Assembly: GCA_964016885.1 (NCBI GenBank)
Contig: OZ024748.1
Coordinates: forward strand, 57,164,001 to 57,228,000
Origin: Eledone cirrhosa
Taxonomy: Eukaryota
DNA: 64,000 nucleotides
Reading direction: 5' to 3'
The notes below the pieces were generated by a model that made no database searches, was not told the origin of the DNA, and saw only the letters and a list, made by a program, of their open reading frames with translations. A program made the translations under genes and the position numbers. This document shows, one piece after another, positions 12,569-27,098 of the stretch; the first letter of the stretch is position 1; the number at the start of each line of letters is the position of its first letter.

Positions 12569-12759
12569 TGTATGCGCATGTGTTTGTGTCTCTGCGTATG
12601 TGTTTGTGTTGTGTGTATATGAGTCTGTATGTGTATGTATATGTATGTGTGTGTGTGTGTATGTATGAGTAAGTGTGTGTATGTGTGTGCATGTATGTGA
12701 ATTTGTGCTTGCTTGCACATGCCAATTAATGTGTTTTATTGCGTGGTAGTATTATTTAG

Positions 12760-13295
12760 TGGAATTAGTTGTGGAGGTTGTGGTTGTTATTGTTGTTGTT
12801 GTTGTTGTTGTTATAGTGATGAGGTGAGAGGTAGAGGATTGTATGGCGTTAGCAGTAGTGATGGTAGTGTCAGTGGCGATGGTGGTGGTGATGGTGTGGC
12901 GAGGGTGATGGCGATGGTGATGTTGATGGTGTGGCGAGGGTGATTGTGTTGGTGATGGTGTGGCGAGGGTGATGGTGGTGATGGTGTTAGTGATGGTGTG
13001 GCGAGGGTGAAGGCGTGGTGGTGATGGTGCGGCGAGGTTGATGGCGATGGTGGTGGTGATAGTGTTGGCGAGGGTGGTAGTGGTGGGGATGGTGTGATGA
13101 GGGTGATTGCGATGGTGATGGTGATGGTATTGGCGTGGGTGATGGCGATGATGGTCTTGGCCAGAGTGGTGGTAATGGTGTTGGCGAGGGTGGTAATGGT
13201 GTTGGTGAGAGTGGTGGTGGTGTTGCTGCTGATGATGATGGTATGGCGATGGTTGGGGCGATGGTGTGGCAATGGTGGTGGTGATGGTGAAGGAG
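12760..13295. repeat. (GGT/GAT)-rich low-complexity array
   Basis: Recurring gatggtgtggcgagggtgatgg. Confidence 0.85.
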
Positions 13296-14230
13296 AGTGA
13301 GTCTTTATGTGTTTGATGATAAATTTTTCCGTCAACAAATTGCTTTCATAATGAACTTGCATTCTCAACAGAAGAGTTCGGTCAGTTATTTTATGATAAT
13401 CTTCATCTCCTACTGACGAGTTCTATTGGCATGACGTCACCTCTCTCTCTCTCTCTCTCTCTCTCCATCACTCCCTCTCTCCCTCTATCTATATCTCTCT
13501 ATCTATCTCTCCAACACCCGTCCATCACCTCTTTACAACCAGCCTTAGTCTTAAAACTCATTGACGTTGCACCATAAAATACTTCAAAAACAAAAACGAA
13601 AAATTGGTTATTTATTTCGCCATTTATTTATTTATTAACTTATTCATTTGACTTCGTTAGTTTCCTTGCTTGGTTAGTTGGTTGGCATGTTGGCTGATTG
13701 TTCCTAGTTAGTTAGTTAGTCAGTCTAAATTCTCTATATGGCATATAAATCAGTTTAACACAAAATTATACGCATGCATCATTTTATTTTCTATTTATTA
13801 ACATTCTTATTTTGTTGTTGTTGCTTTTCCGAGCGTTGTTTTTCCTCTTATTTTTCAGATAATTTTCCGAAATTTTCTTAAGACTTAAGAAGTACGGCAT
13901 TCATTATAAGTAGTTAGATAAATAAGTTTTAACATATTTTATATTTATTAACGTTTATATCTAGATTTTGTTACTTTGGGGTCTTTTTTTAGTCAGATAA
14001 TTTTCAAAAATTTTCTTCAAAACTTACGAAGCACAGCATTGAATATAAATAGTTAAATAAATAAGTCTTAACATATTTAATGCAAGGAGTATTAAAAAGT
14101 TAACTAGACTAAGACAAACTTGTTTTGCTTTCCTCTTCATTAGATGCACAAAAATTGCAGATATAAGATAAATATTTCCATTGCATATGTATGCAGGTAT
14201 GTATACATATATTTGTATATGACATTATAT

Positions 14231-14266
<36 letters not shown>

Positions 14267-14290
14267 CTTTCACCGAAAGTGGTTTTTCAT

Positions 14291-14321
<31 letters not shown>

Positions 14322-14399
14322 AACATATATATATAACATCTCGGAAGTTGTTTTTCGCTAATTTCCAAAGCCGAAATATGATTCTTGCTAATTTATATT

Positions 14400-14446
<47 letters not shown>

Positions 14447-14618
14447 CATGGAAGCAACAAACAGTCTTGGTTTCACTGTTTATATGGATAAGGGAAAAGA
14501 ATATTCGACGTATCGAACTTTAGCCGTTCTTCGGGAGTACAGAATAGAGACAGGATTACAATGGATAGATACAGAAAATAAAGATGATAAAAGTAAAAGA
14601 AACAAAATCATACAAGGC

Positions 14619-14697
<79 letters not shown>

Positions 14698-14893
14698 CAA
14701 AAGTATGTGTTCCTACATGTAAATAATACACATGGGGATACAAGTATAGTCCGACCGTATGCCAGTGTGGTTCAATGGCAAGTTAATAAATTAACAAGCC
14801 AGAACATGTAAAATCAAGGGAAAGCAAATAAAGAAAAAATTTAAAAATAAATTTCAAAAAATTCACTGTATATATATATATATATATATATTC

Positions 14894-14969
<76 letters not shown>

Positions 14970-15477
14970 AAAAATGGAGTGCATCATCAGTGATCTTCCA
15001 ACTTTCATTGGTATTTCATCGCTTTAAAAATCATATACCTCTGGTTGGTGCGAGCAATAACTAAATAAAGTTATTGGGACAAGTAAAATAGGGTGAAACG
15101 AGCGAGACATGTAAACAAACAACGATGGTATTGCAACGGAAAGATAGGAAGAGACAAGTACATGATATCTATAAGCTTAAGCTTGGTGAAATCATTGACG
15201 AGAGATACAGACCATCCGACCTGGGTGAGATGTCAGCGAGAAAAGGATTTCACACAGGTCAAACGGGAGGAAGTGAGTGAGGGGGAGAAGCAGAGAGTGA
15301 GTGAGTGGAAGTGTGAGGAAGAGGCCAGCCGAGAGAGAGTGTGACTGGCAGAGGGGGTAAAAATAAGGTGAGAGATACAGAGAGAGGGGAAGCAGTAAGA
15401 AAGAAACAGACAATCGCAGCTGAGGAAAAATGGAGTGCTGCGTGGTTGCACATGGGTTACATATGAATAAAATTAGT

Positions 15478-15528
<51 letters not shown>

Positions 15529-15545
15529 ATATATAACCCCCCCCC

Positions 15546-15727
15546 CCCCGACGGCAGAGCTCAAGCCGTTTCGACGGCTATTTCTGGACACAGAAATAGC
15601 CGTCTAAACGGCTTGAGCTCTGCCGTTGGGGTCATACATTTTCCTATCACCCACTCTACTAACCTAAGTATTGAGTACTCTGGTGCGTTATGGTCCATCT
15701 GGTTCCTTACCACAACTTCTTCGTTAT
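15546..15727 (+). mobile_element. Fold-back Penelope-type end fragment, family D (41-bp arms 15546-15586 / 15591-15631 plus unique tail)
   Basis: Palindrome followed by a tail shared with 54142-54335; embedded in (TA)n. Confidence 0.7.
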
Positions 15728-16030
15728 ATATATATATAACGAAGGAGTTGTGGTAAGGAACCAATTATTGTTATAGGTAGTCCACTTAGATGTAGTCCAG
15801 TTAGGGTACTCCGAGTAGTGGATAGTATTAACGCTTGGCTAAGTTTGACTCAACAAGACGTTTCCATAGTGATGCTGCGAGTACACGGTGATTTCTATGT
15901 AGTTTACACTTGGAGTAATAATAAATCAAGAAAGAAGAGTGACATGGTTTGCTATACAATAGGGGCTTTATTCACATTGCCGACAATTGTTTTTTCTGAA
16001 CTGGTAGGTCTAGAGATCGCTACCCGCCTG

Positions 16031-16074
<44 letters not shown>

Positions 16075-16430
16075 TCAGGTTTGAGGTTCACCACTGTATA
16101 GAGCTGGTCTATTCCGTATGGTCAATCGTAATGCAATAATATAGAGAGTACTCAACGTAAAGCAGTTCAACCGTCTTTGTTTTTGTAGTTGGTGGTGCTA
16201 TTACGGAGTTAAATATTATGATGAAATGACAGGAGGCTGGATTTGTGTAAATCCTTGAAAGGTTTATTATACTATGATCATTTCAATGACCGGGTTCCGT
16301 ATGAATCCGGTGATATCATCAGGTATTCGAAATATAATACGTGAATGTAATAGGTAAAATCCATGGGGCTGAAAATCGAGACCCGAGGGCGACCGCTATT
16401 CTGTTCCTTCAACCTCAGCCGGTCGCCCTT

Positions 16431-16489
<59 letters not shown>

Positions 16490-16493
<4 letters not shown>

Positions 16494-16638
16494 CAGAAGG
16501 GATATTCAATTTGTTGTTAATTCAACAAATATAAATGTTTATAACTGATTCAGAGCACTCGACTGGTACCCTTGAAATATATATAATAGAATAAATATGG
16601 TTTTATAAATATAGTTTCCATTTATCTAATATCATTGA
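16490..16638 (+). mobile_element. Family A unit, internally deleted (only the 3' half of the hammerhead remains)
   Basis: 5' end taagcagaagggatatt matches the reverse complement of 50690-50730; ggtaccctt-GAAA-tatatat-A-atagaata is retained. Confidence 0.75.
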
Positions 16639-16997
16639 ATTATACATATATATATATATTTATGCATGTATGTAAGTATATATAAATATATATATATATA
16701 TGAAGTTTCTTTTAAGTGAAGGAAGGCCCTGGACAGATCCCACTCTCTGAACAACCGTGACATTTATCCAAAAAGAAGAACAGGTACCATCGAGTGTCAG
16801 GTATAAAAACTGCATCAAAAAGCCTTTGATAAAGTCAAAAATAAGAGAACTGGGAAGTTCTTGGTGGAAAACAGAGTAATGGAAAAGAAAAATGTTTAAA
16901 TTCTCGTGTGGAGCATGAACAATATAGATATATAGATATTTTCTATATATTTAGATCTATATATTAATATCTATATGTATACAAGTATTTGTGTTTG

Positions 16998-17053
<56 letters not shown>

Positions 17054-17711
17054 ACGGGGACATCTACTTTCTGAGGTCGATATACACAGGAAAGAGAAGA
17101 GAACGGGCGCCTTTCTCTTCTTTGTATAACAGAAAAGAAAAAAATATGATTCTTATACAATAAAGTAGTGTGAGAAAATAGGGATCACTATGTCAAACGA
17201 AGTCTTCTGTTAACTAAATAAAGCATGTGTCATTGCTGGTCATATTAGTCTGCAGGGAATACGAAATGTCAACCCGGCTCTCTCTTCCAATTGAGGGAGC
17301 TTTCTTCGCGAAAATCAATCTTCTTTAATCGTATGAGTGTACGACTTGGCTGCTAGGAACGTTCGTTAGCTAGCTTGCTTGCCTTGCATTTGGTGATTGA
17401 CTGGAGATGAAGCACAACAAAAATAGTGACAAGATTTACTTACAAACATCCGTCAACGATTCGCATGGGGGTTTGCACGCAAATTATGACCGCTTGTTGT
17501 TAAACCGAGTAACCTTGAATTACGACTATGTTGATATACTCGTGTATGTTTATCTAGCTCTTTCTCTTTCTCTGTCTCACACACTCCCTCTCTTCTTCTA
17601 TACACGCGTGCATACACACATATACACAACACACACATAGTATATATACATACATACTCACATATATATATATGTATACATACTAATATATGTATACATA
17701 CTGTGTGTGTG

Positions 17712-17808
<97 letters not shown>

Positions 17809-17869
17809 TTTAGCTTTCATTTAACGTATTGTAGAAAGCCGAGCAAGCTTGACTTGATGATGATGATGA

Positions 17870-17912
<43 letters not shown>

Positions 17913-19820
17913 TACATATGTATATTATGTATGTATACACATACACACACACACACGCACACATATATATATATATATATTAGCATCTGCACCCAACAAA
18001 AGTGACGGGATTAAATTTAATAAATCACTGATTATACCATTCTATGCTTCCTCCTCGATTTTCCTTCACTTTCTCCCTCGTGTAATTCCAGCTACTCTTG
18101 TATTTCATAATACATTTTACATACATTTAAATCAATTAAAATAAATTTCTTCCACATTTTATTTAATTATTACCAGATTTATATCCACTAAATTTCGAAG
18201 ACTTTGTTCTATCTTTGTATCTACCAATTTTCTGACTGCTATTGGGATTCGGCATATATTATTGTTAGTATTGTTCATCTTCGAAAGTAGATACCATGGT
18301 AAATATACATAAATATAAAACTATAGACTGATAGGCAGATAGGTATGCACATAGATAGAGAGACGGGCAGGTGGATAGACAGATACATATATAGATATGT
18401 AGGTAGATAAATATATAGTTAGGTAGGTAGATAGATGTCTAGACAAAAAGATAGGCTGACAGACAAGTAGATAGACATGTACCTAGTTAGGTACATAAAT
18501 ATATAGATAGTTTGATCGATGCATACAAACATACATACATACGTACGTACATACATACGATCTTTTATTAAATGATTATACGAATATATGTTCGTTTATC
18601 TTCATTTTTCTCATGTTAATTGTAATTTTAAATAATTTACACTGATGCATGTCAAAAATTAAGATAATAATAGCTTTATTGGATTTATCATATTGAAACT
18701 ACGTAATATGACAGCTGCAGCTTGAGAACGTTTGTCTTCCTCATATGGTGGCTGTTGAACTCTGGTTCAATAAACCAGTTTTCAGGTGGCTACTTCGCGT
18801 TCGGTTTGCCGAATTTGGAGGGTGGATCTCGGTTTTAGCAGGAGTCATGCGTGCATGTTTACTTTCGATATAGGGTGTCTACTAAGTGTTTGTAGGCTGA
18901 TTGGAGCAATAAAAGTCTTATTTGTGTATATATTTATAATAAAGTGAGAGCTTTGAAAGTATATCTAACATTATCTAAATGACGTGTCCGCGAATTAAGA
19001 TTACCACATACATATATGCATATTTGTGTACATACATATATATGTGTACATACATATATATGTGTACATATATATATGAATATATATATATATTTTTTTC
19101 TTTGTCTAACATTTTAAATGACCCGACAAAAACCGGGGGTTATTTCCCTTGCTGAAATTAACACGTGACAGCTAAAGATACGATACACTGCATCTGGCGG
19201 CAACATTTAGCCTATCACCCCGTCCTGGGTAGATCGAAAACCTGTTGAAGAACTGAATCCTCTGTTCGATCATAAATACCACGAGCTTGCTAGTCACGTA
19301 AGTCTGATATTTGATTTCGGATTCAAAGAAACACTTTAAACATATAATCGTTTGATTTGTTCAGGTTTTTTTCTCAAACTGTTAGTCCTATCGTTACTTT
19401 GGTATGTTATTGTGTGTTAGATTTTGCCTACCACAATGTTCGATTTGTCAAGCTATTTAAACGTATGTTATTACTCTAAGGACCTACCTTATCGAGTTCT
19501 TTGCTAACTCATCATTTCATATAACTAGGCCGAGTTTGCTTGTAAACCGCCAGAGATTCGATTTTACTAAATTTCCAATTATATATATATATAAAAGTAT
19601 ATATATGTATATATATATATGTGTATGTATGTACGTGTGTATGTATGGATGTGTGTGTGTATTTAAATATACGTATAATATATATATAATATATATATAC
19701 TAGGATGTTGATGTCGAGGACGATAATGATGATACTGATGATCATGATGATACTGATTATAATGATGGTGGGAGTGATGATGAAAATGATGATGAAAACG
19801 ACGACGACGACGACGATGAC

Positions 19821-19861
<41 letters not shown>

Positions 19862-20297
19862 CGACGATGATGATGACGATGATGATGATGATTTTAATGA
19901 TGAAAATCACGAGGATGATGATGCTGCTGATTATTATGAAAGCGATAACGACGAAGCTGGCAACGATGACAGCTACGACGGAGCCGAACGACGACAATAA
20001 TGAAGGAGGTAATAGTAATTAGGATTAGGATTTTGATTATGATCAAGATAATGATCCTGATTATGATCAATGTAACCACGATAATAATGATAGAAATGAG
20101 AAATTAGATGAGATGATTCCAAGATAAGACGTGGCTTGGTAGGATGTTGAGTTGTAGATCGAAGTTGGAAGACTAACAATTGGAAAATAAAAATGAAGTA
20201 TGGGAGATGGTCAGGTCATGTTGGTGGTGTAGTGGCAGAGAATGTAGACGAAGAGGGAAAGGAAGACGTGATAAGAACAATAACGAAAGTATTATAC

Positions 20298-20361
<64 letters not shown>

Positions 20362-20370
20362 GTATATATG

Positions 20371-20414
<44 letters not shown>

Positions 20415-20432
20415 CACACATATGTAAATATG

Positions 20433-20483
<51 letters not shown>

Positions 20484-20497
20484 ATATATATACACAC

Positions 20498-20538
<41 letters not shown>

Positions 20539-20670
20539 ATCCGAACACTTCTATAATTGTATAGAAGTTCATCCTTCATATATTCATTTGTATTACACGG
20601 CTCAGAAATATTCCCTTCTTTGAGCTATTTAATTGTAAAAGACTATTTCGAGTTTATAACTCAATATTTG

Positions 20671-20705
<35 letters not shown>

Positions 20706-20708
<3 letters not shown>

Positions 20709-20801
20709 GGTCTCCCCCAAAATGTATACAAACTTTGATTACCTGAACAATATTTGATAGAATGCTGTTGAAGTGTGTATATATGTTTATAGGACTTCCT
20801 G
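20706..20801. mobile_element. Tc1/mariner-type MITE remnant in (TA)n
   Basis: ta-cagggtctcccc...ggacttcctg-ta imperfect terminal inverted repeats. Confidence 0.55.
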
Positions 20802-20805
20802 TATG

Positions 20806-20851
<46 letters not shown>

Positions 20852-20854
<3 letters not shown>

Positions 20855-20985
20855 TGGCGGACTGGCCAGGTTGCCAGGTTGCCCAATGTTATTTATGCAT
20901 TATAAAACTAAAAATTATACCATTATATATGCAGTTGGGCCCCCTTTATCTGTCAACCAATATTTTTAGGCCTAGTCCGCCACTG
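20852..20985. mobile_element. MITE with CAGTGGCGGACT terminal inverted repeats
   Basis: cagtggcggact...agtccgccactg, inserted in (TA)n; partial second copy at 22140-22234. Confidence 0.85.
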
Positions 20986-21369
20986 TATATATATATATAT
21001 ATATATATCTAATGCCAATCATTGTATCATTGTAACTTTTTGAATCTGGAGTGTGGATATAGTAGGAAAAACAAGTGGAGTGTAGATGTGGTGGGATACA
21101 TATGTAGTGCATGTTGTGGGAAAAACAAGTGGAGAGTGGATGTTGTGGGAAAAACAAGTGGGGAATGGATATTGTGGGATAAAAATAAAAAAGCCCTGCT
21201 GATCCCTGCAAGTGTAGAAAAATAGATGTAAAAACCAATGATGATGATGATGATGATGGTGATAGGTAACTCTCCTCCTCAAGATATTTAGTCCAGCAGC
21301 ATTCTGGTGTTTCTACCACTTGTAATTATTGTTTCTATTGTTGGCACAAGACCAGCAATTATTTTATCC

Positions 21370-21484
21370 ATGCTTCATTTCTGTTGCACCTCATTACTCC
21401 CACCCCTCTCACTATCTTTCTCGCGGTGATATTTGAATCTACTGAGAGGGGTGGGAGTAATGAGGTGCAACCGAAATGAAGCAT
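21370..21484. repeat. 42-bp inverted repeat, 31-bp spacer
   Basis: atgcttcatttctgttgcacctcattactcccacccctctca / tgagaggggtgggagtaatgaggtgcaaccgaaatgaagcat. Confidence 0.9.
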
Positions 21485-21584
21485 CAATTACAGGTTGAAA
21501 TATAGTCTAGATAGATGTCAAACAAAAGGAGGATGTAGTTTATGAAACACCCAAATGATTTGGAAGTCGACCTTAACTAAGAGC

Positions 21585-22000
21585 AATAACATTAAGAAAG
21601 ACATGAACGACACCACAACACTTTGTTTTGAACATTTTGAAAGTAGGTTTATAAATATGAATTTCATAAGATGTTCATAGCTGTCTCAGTGGCCTATTGC
21701 TAGGTACGAGAGACGGTGGAGATCCTGATCATTGGTTCTATCCTGGTCTAGAGTTACATCTAAACTTTTTCAGTTTTTATTTTACAACCCATAAAAAAAA
21801 AACAGAAAAGGTTTACCGGTAGCCCTACTCCGGACCAGGATCGAACTCCAGACCAGGATTACCACCGTCTATGATTCCTCCAACTAGGCTACCGAGACAG
21901 CTACAAAATTATAATGAAATTTGATAATTATAAACCTACTTTCAAAATAAAAGTTTCAAAGATCTGGGTTGTTCATGGCTTTCCTAGAGTTATTAGTAAT
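21585..22000. mobile_element. Diverged palindromic element containing two convergent tRNA-like Pol III units
   Basis: Arms share ttttgaaagtaggtttataa and agctgtctc.gt.gccta.t; B-boxes ggttctatcc (+) and agttcgatcc (-); T-runs in the middle. Confidence 0.7.
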
Positions 22001-22139
22001 ATTTAGTGTCGCCTTCTTGTTATTATTGAAAGTCTCTGGATTTCGCAAAATAAATAATATTTTTAATTGGAGAAGGTAAGATATTTTTCCTCAAAACTTT
22101 GATTGCACTGTTTTGTTTCCACTTTTCGAAAATGTTATT

Positions 22140-22234
22140 TATTCATTATAAAAGTTAAATGATAGCATTCTATATGTAGGTGGGCCCCTTCATCTCCTGG
22201 AGCAAGCAATATTTTTAGACCCGGTCCGCCACTG
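22140..22234. mobile_element. Right half of the CAGTGGCGG MITE
   Basis: Similar to 20895-20985; ends gtccgccactg-ta. Confidence 0.75.
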
Positions 22235-22561
22235 TATATATATATATATATCCAGAGAGGGAGGGTGGGACATATATATATATATATATGCATAGAGAGA
22301 GAGAGGTGTGGGACGTATCCTTTGATGTATTGTATGCACAATCTATATAAGCTATAGTTTATTTCTGCCTCAGTACCCGTCACTGTGAGTATACGTCACT
22401 GAAGATGCATAAAAATCCTGAAACATTAGTGTCTTCCTACATTCGTGGCCACTTAGGAAGCTGTGACATGATCACGGCTTAAAAAACTCTAGTGATAATT
22501 GTATATATTTAATATAGATAAGCATATTATATATACTTCCATATGAACTTCATCCAACATA

Positions 22562-22611
<50 letters not shown>

Positions 22612-22960
22612 TACATAACAAACACACGCAAAGACACACAACACACACATATACATATACATATATATATAGAGATAGATAGATAGAGAAAGAGAGAGAT
22701 GGGGCATGAAAGTGGTCAGGAGAGATATCTAATCGCCTATTTAAATAATTATATTAAATAATAAATATATACCTATAAATAGAATATATACATATATATA
22801 TGTGTGTATATGTGTGTGTATTTATATATAGCTTGATAAAGAGAGGGGGGTAAAGAGAGAGACAGAATCAGTTAAACTGAAATATATATACATAGAAATA
22901 TACATATTGCATACATGCATACATACATACATACATACATACATACATGCTTGCATATAT

Positions 22961-23190
22961 GATGGCTGCCCCCTCGTTATCGAGTATGGCCATTGCAAGA
23001 TATACCATTATTAACTAATTCTATCGTGCAATGCCTGTGCGTGAAGATATTTTTTAAAGAGAAGAAAGACTGTGCACTGAGCCAATCCCATTCTCTGAGT
23101 GACAGTAGCTATAACCCGAAAAGTAGAAGAGATCAACATCATCGGTAACTACTGAGCCGCAGGTTTTATATCGGTGTTATCCCAGTTTCC
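22961..23190 (-). mobile_element. SINE or LINE 3' fragment with RTE-type tail and (TATG)n
   Basis: gatggctgccccctcgttatcgagtatggcc resembles the RTE tail at 59315-59350 and 55650-55672. Confidence 0.6.
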
Positions 23191-23437
23191 TGAGTTGCCT
23201 TCTCCTACATACATACATACATACATACATACATACATACATACATACATACATACATACATGCATGCATGCATACATGCATACATACATACATACATAC
23301 ATACATACATACATACATACATACATGCATACATGCATGCATGCATGCATACATACATACATACATACATACATACATACATGCATACATACTTACATGC
23401 AAATTAGATAAACAGAAAAAGAGAATATGTGACACAG

Positions 23438-23505
<68 letters not shown>

Positions 23506-24053
23506 TGTGTGTGTGAGTGTATGTGTGTGTGAGAGAGAGAGAGTGTGTGTGCATCTGTGTGTGTGTGTGAGTATGTGCATCTCTGTGTGTGTGTGAGTGT
23601 GTGTGTGTGTATTTGTGTGTGTGTGTGTGTATGTGTATGTGTGTACGTGTGTGTGTGTGTGTGCGCGGGTGTGTGTGTGTGTATGTGTGTGCGTGTGTGT
23701 GCGCGGGTGTGTGTGTGTGAGAGAGCAAGATAATCACCAATCGAATGACAGGCCTGGAAAGGACCAAATTATTACTAGATTATTCCCGTTAGCAATTTTA
23801 ACATAATGTTCTCTTTCTTCTTATCCTTACTTCCTTCTTTCCTACCTTTCTTTATTTCTTCTTCTGTCCGTTCATTTTTCTAAAGATTAAACAACACGAC
23901 ACGGTCAATAAGCTGTATTTACATATTATATTGAAAGATACTTCCAACTACCAATCAGACAGAAATAGGATTCCAAAGACCCATGTCAACATTTGTCGAT
24001 TTTCTTTGGTTTGGATAGAGAATACGACAAATCAATAGTAAAGATAGAGGGAC

Positions 24054-24105
<52 letters not shown>

Positions 24106-24197
24106 ATATAACTGTGTATGTATTATATACATATATATAGACATATATATATGTATATATGTGTATATATATATATATATATACATACATATAGAGA

Positions 24198-24237
<40 letters not shown>

Positions 24238-24245
24238 TATAGAGA

Positions 24246-24287
<42 letters not shown>

Positions 24288-24305
24288 TATATAGAGATAT
24301 TTATT

Positions 24306-24339
<34 letters not shown>

Positions 24340-24396
24340 CATATATACATATATATATATATATATTTATTTATATGTATATATATATATATTTAT

Positions 24397-24461
<65 letters not shown>

Positions 24462-24894
24462 TACTCAAGTGAATAGAAACGGTGGGCTTTATAGTGAGGA
24501 CGGTTTGATAATCCTCTGTTTAAAACCAATGACAAAAGCTATATAAAGAAATACAGTACATAGAAAAAATAGAAATTATAAGGAAAATAGCATGGATAAT
24601 TTCTTTAGTAGCTTGAACGACATCTCGATGACTGCACGACAGGAAAAAGTGGAACCGTATCACGAAATATTTTGCTATCCATAAGTTTAAAAACAAAAGG
24701 GAGGGGACGCTAGTTCTTGTGACTTTTTCGTCTTCTTCTCATCTCTTTTGTATTTATTATGTTTTTTTTTTTGTTCATTCATGCTCTTTTTTACTGTCTG
24801 TCTTTCTATCATTCTCTCTTTCTTTCTTTCTACATTTCTAATGTTCTTTCATTATTAAAAAAAAAGAAAAAAAAAGTAGAAACAATTATTTATA

Positions 24895-25243
24895 ACGTGA
24901 TAGTTACGTCCCTTTACGGTCTGAGTTCAAATCCCGTTGAGGTTAACTTTGCCTTTCATCCTTATGGGGTCGATAAAATAAAGTACCAGTAATGCACTGG
25001 GTATTTGCTGGCCTTGTGCCAAAAGTAGAAACAATTATTTATTCCGTTAAGGGCGATGGATTGGCAGTATCGGTAGAAGGTCGGACGCCATGATTTGCAT
25101 CATAGAGTTACGTCCCTTTACGGTCTTAGTTCAAATCCCGCGCAGGTTAACTTTGCCTTTTATCCTTACGGGGTCGATAAAATAAAGTACCAGTAATACA
25201 CTGGGATAATTTCTGGCCTTGTGCCAAAAGTAGAACAAATTAT
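24895..25243 (+). mobile_element. Two tandem SINE S1 copies (24895-25038 truncated, 25049-25243 full)
   Basis: S1 consensus twice, head to tail; an extra tail agtagaaacaattatt at about 24875. Confidence 0.9.
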
Positions 25244-26730
25244 TTATTCCGTTAACCGTTTAATATTTTTAATTCTTTCAAACTTTATTTCTCTTTCGAC
25301 ATTTCCTTCAATCTCTGTTTCACTTTCTTTCAATCTTTCGTTCTTTATTCATGTTACTTTTATATTTTTTGTCTTTCGAGTGGTGGATAAAATAGACGAA
25401 GAAGAAAGCGGTACTGTGCTAAGTTTGATGACAACCTGGGTCAGGTGGCGGTTGGTGGTTGAAGTTTTGTAATTTGTGTATAGAATGTTGTCATTCATGA
25501 GCAGGCCAGCTAGTAGGTAGGGTGGCTGGCTGGTTGGTTGGTTGTGGATGGTGGTGAATTGTGGTAGATGATGGTAGATGGTAGGTTATGTGTGGTCAGC
25601 CAGTGGTGGCATTTATGCATGGTTATGGGTGGTCAGTGATGAGATATGCAGTTGAAGAACTAAGTTAAAGCTAAGCTATGCTAAGCTATGCTGTACTGTG
25701 CTGCGCTGTGAGTGAGATTGTATTTGTGATTGGAAGCAGATCTTCGTTGATTTCATTCTGATATCTAAACTGTCAAGACAGTCAGAAGGACCATTTCAAG
25801 AAGTTAGATCTAATCCGGACCTAATCCCAATCCAGTGACGACCAGTTTACCGTTAGAATATTAGGGAGTTAACAGAGAGAATGAAGAGAGCAAGATAGAT
25901 GAGAAGTGTTTAGATGTGGAGATGTATAGAATGAGATAGAGTGATGGAGAGAGCAAAGCAAACTGGATAGATAAAGAGATGTATAAGGTGAGAGAATAAA
26001 AGAGAGCAAGAAACGAAGAATGACACCAACATCAAGTGACAAAAAGGAAAAACGAAAAAAAAAATAAAACAGAGAAAGAGAACTACAGTGATTTGATGAT
26101 TAGGACAGAAATATATTGGCAGAGTGTGTGATAAAGCATGCGATAAAGAGACAGACAGGTCAACAGAGAAAGACGAACAGATAGAAAGGCATACATTTAT
26201 ACATACATATATATATATATATATATACAGAAATACAGAAAGACAGACAAAATAGTAGATATGTTGACAGAATGTTAGAATGAAATGAGGTTTAAGACAG
26301 CAAGTTCCCAAGCAACGCGGACAATGAGATGAGAGAGATGGAGAGCGGTGATTAACCATTTCATTACCATATTTTTAATAAAATACACTGACTATGATAT
26401 TCAAATAATATTTGAAATAATCACGAATTTAGAATGTTAATAATATACCTAACTTTCTCAATGTTAAACTGGTGTTTTGAACATGATTTTGCAATTATTC
26501 GAACCTTAGACGAAATTAAAACAAACATTATATACAGGTAAAAAGCCAGTTAGTACACTTTAAGAGAGCGAAAGAGTGAGAGGGGGGTACAGAGATGAGG
26601 TGTGAACAAAACATCAATGTAACGAACGAAGGGTGATATCGGAAAGAAGAGAAAGTCTAAGAGAGAGACATGAACACGGTCTAACAGAAATAAATGCTAA
26701 AAGATATGATAAGATGCTTTAGAGTTGTAT

Positions 26731-27098
26731 ACAGCGTGTTGATAAAGTTGTGCAAATTTAAAAGTTAATAACTGTAGATGAACATATGATAGAAATACGC
26801 TATAAACTTGTTAGAAAATGATATTTTTTTCTGTTTTGAGGTACGGTGATACGTACTAATTAATTATAGTTTAGTACAACTAATTAACAACTGGGAAATA
26901 TTTACAGCAATATATACAAGCAGTTAGCAAAATATATTGCAAACCCTGGTAATCAGGTTGAATGTTAGATACGTGAATTACATCGCATAAAGTTTGTATA
27001 AAATAAAGCTTCTGTATGCAGCTTACGTTGTATTTATATTATGTATACATCCAAAGTTATTAGCTTAAAAGATGCACAATGACTATAAAACACCCTTT
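26731..27098. mobile_element. Decayed mariner-like MITE
   Basis: ta-cagcgtgtt ... aaacaccctt-ta, possible degenerate terminal inverted repeats. Confidence 0.35.

Noticed and set aside
14500-14545. Minus-strand ccgaaga...gata-cgtc hammerhead-like motif
   Set aside because: Both core boxes are mutated; at most a decayed relic
22399-22432. ctgaaga...gaaacatta hammerhead-like motif
   Set aside because: Stems I and II do not pair convincingly
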